From NCBI RefSeq assembly GCF_009834535.1, contig NC_045698.1:560001-624000 (forward strand): a DNA stretch of 64,000 nucleotides, read 5' to 3'. Made by a program: the position numbers and the translations under genes. Numbering within the stretch: the first letter of the stretch is position 1; the number at the start of each line of letters is the position of its first letter. The stretch is from Camelus ferus. Its lineage: Eukaryota. The notes beneath the pieces were generated by a model that was given only the letters and a program-made list of their open reading frames with translations, searched no databases and was not told the DNA's origin. This document shows positions 62,047 through 64,000 of this stretch, in pieces.

Positions 62047-64000
62047 GCTGTCCCCCAGGCACTCTATCCCTGACAGCTCCTGCTTACTGAAGCCCAGGAA
62101 CCCCGGACCCCTGTGCTGACTCGCACGGAGCACCTAGTTTGAGCTATGCTGGGTCTTCAAAGGGAAGCTCAGGGCAGGTTTCATCTATTCGGAAAGAAGA
62201 GATGCCCACCCTTCTTGGGACAAAGCCAGGCCTGAACTGACCGCGAGGGCTGCCGCCTGGAGACCTTTCGTTCTCCTGGAGCTTCTGAGGGGTGTGACAG
62301 AAGCTCTGGGGGGGTCAGAATGTGAGCCCCAGGCTCATTAGCCACTGAGCACCTGCCACAGACCTGTGTCCACGCCAGGACCTTGGGTGGACCCTGAGTT
62401 CAGAAGCCGAGCCCCCAAGTGGATGCCGGACACACTCCCAGCCCGTGTCCAGGGCTGCCCAGCTGGCTCTGCTGCAAGGCATGATCACATGCCATGCAGC
62501 CAGAGGAAAGGGGGGGCCAGCCCGTGGGGTTTTCACAGGGGTGTCCCCTCCCTGGGGCCTCATGTTTCCAACAGACCATAAGGTCGGGCCAGGGCACCCA
62601 GAGGTTTTTAACCAGACTCTAGCAGGCAGACGATGGAGCGGGTCTTCTCATGGCACTCGCCTGGCCCAGGTCTCCACGGGGGCAGCAGTAACTCTGGCCG
62701 CCCCTGTTTCCTGGAGGACTTCCTGGGAGCCAGGAGACGGGAAACGGAGAGCTTTTGCTCTGTCAAGAGTGTGGGGTTTTCAAGGTCAGCAGGTGGCCCT
62801 GAAGACCCAGGAAGGTGATCACAGATGCACCAAAGTCTGAAGGAATATGTGAACGTTGACAGTGGAAAAGCAGATGCATTCAGGAGGTGGTTATTTGTGT
62901 CGCCAAAGGTTTCTCCTCCGATCACCGGGACATCCCCACGCCCCCGTGGCCTGAAACAGGAGTCCATCTCCTGCGCCTCGACCAGGGTGTGTGTGGCCCC
63001 CCCAGACCTGGCACCACAGGGTGGACAGCCCAGCACCGATGCAGGGTGGGGACCCCTGGACCTCCTGGGAGGCCGGGAGCTGAGATCTCAGGGGAAATCT
63101 CTGACGTCTCCGTGCCCATGGGTAGCGGTGGGAAACGTCTGGTGGGCCTTACCTGGACAGATGGGCTGTACTGGGCCTCAGAGCAGGACCTGTCCAGGTC
63201 AGGGGCCACCTCCCGGGAGGACAGAGAACTCAGTTCTGTGCTGTGGCTCGTGAAGCAGACGGCCTCGGGAGTCTGAGTTTAGGACAGAGTCATGGCAGGC
63301 TGTGTGGATGGCGGCCTCTGGGGGCAGTGACCCACGAGCCTGGGGTCTCCCCTGAGAGCCCCTGCAGGGTGAGAGGGGCAGGGATGGGACTGTGGGGGCC
63401 CTGATCCCATCCCCAGGGCCAGCAGAGAGCCTGGCAGGCACTGGAGAGTGAACACACGGTGCTTCAGGGCTGCAGGAGGTGGGAGCCGGGAGGCGAGGGG
63501 ACAGCAGCCCAGGCCGGGCCTGGGGGTCAGTAGAGCCGACATCACATACAGTGCCAAGGACCCTCTCCAGGCAGGAGGGAGGGGCGAGGGTGGGGGCCAG
63601 AACGGAGTGACAGGCGGGGTTGGAGGGTTTTATATGCGGGAGACTGGGGCTCCTTTCTCGGGGGGCAAAGGGCATGAGGGGTGAGGTTGGCGCTGGGGGG
63701 TTCTGCAGCAGGAGGGGCTCAGAGTAGGGCCGGGTGCACGCTTAGCACGGCTGGGGCATCCCAGGAGGGGTGGGGCGGGCCCCGCCCCGGGGGAGGTGCT
63801 GCTGCAGGAGGGGGCCTTGCCTGGGGACGTTAGAGATGGGCGTCCGTGTGCACCCCAGTCTGGCTTGAGGGCCCTGGCTATCTGGACACTTGGGAGGTCA
63901 CCCGGCAGGGAGCGGCCGCACTCCTGGCCAGCAGCCCTGCAGTGGGTTTCCGACGTTGCAATGAAAGCTCTCGGCCCTTCTGTGTCTCCAAAGCAGAATG

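Noticed and set aside
45713..64000. NKD2 exon 4 and later (EF-hand region)
   Set aside because: No matching coding segment recognised; consistent with a long intron 3 extending past the window, though a by-eye search could miss a short diverged exon.

Overview
GC-rich mammalian genomic DNA, not microbial; the tRNA-derived SINE family suggests a camelid (alpaca/llama/camel), which is an inference. The window holds the last two coding exons and 3' UTR of TRIP13 (+ strand, 922-~2140), a ~43 kb intergenic region rich in decayed L1, MaLR/ERV LTR, L2 and SINE fragments, then the CpG-island promoter and first three coding exons of NKD2 (+ strand, 45149-45712) followed by its long intron 3, which runs off the end of the window. 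The TRIP13-NKD2 order matches the known mammalian synteny. Nearly all ORFs in the supplied track are by-products of high GC content. I found no convincing new biological system. Best leads: an unassigned ~40-bp degenerate tandem array at ~5400-7050; NKD2 introns 1 and 2 both being in frame and stop-free; three groups of TCF/LEF motifs around this Wnt-feedback gene; and patchy strong AT-to-GC shifts in L1 fossils that suggest GC-biased gene conversion. Repeat names and boundaries are by eye and from memory of consensus sequences, so they are approximate.
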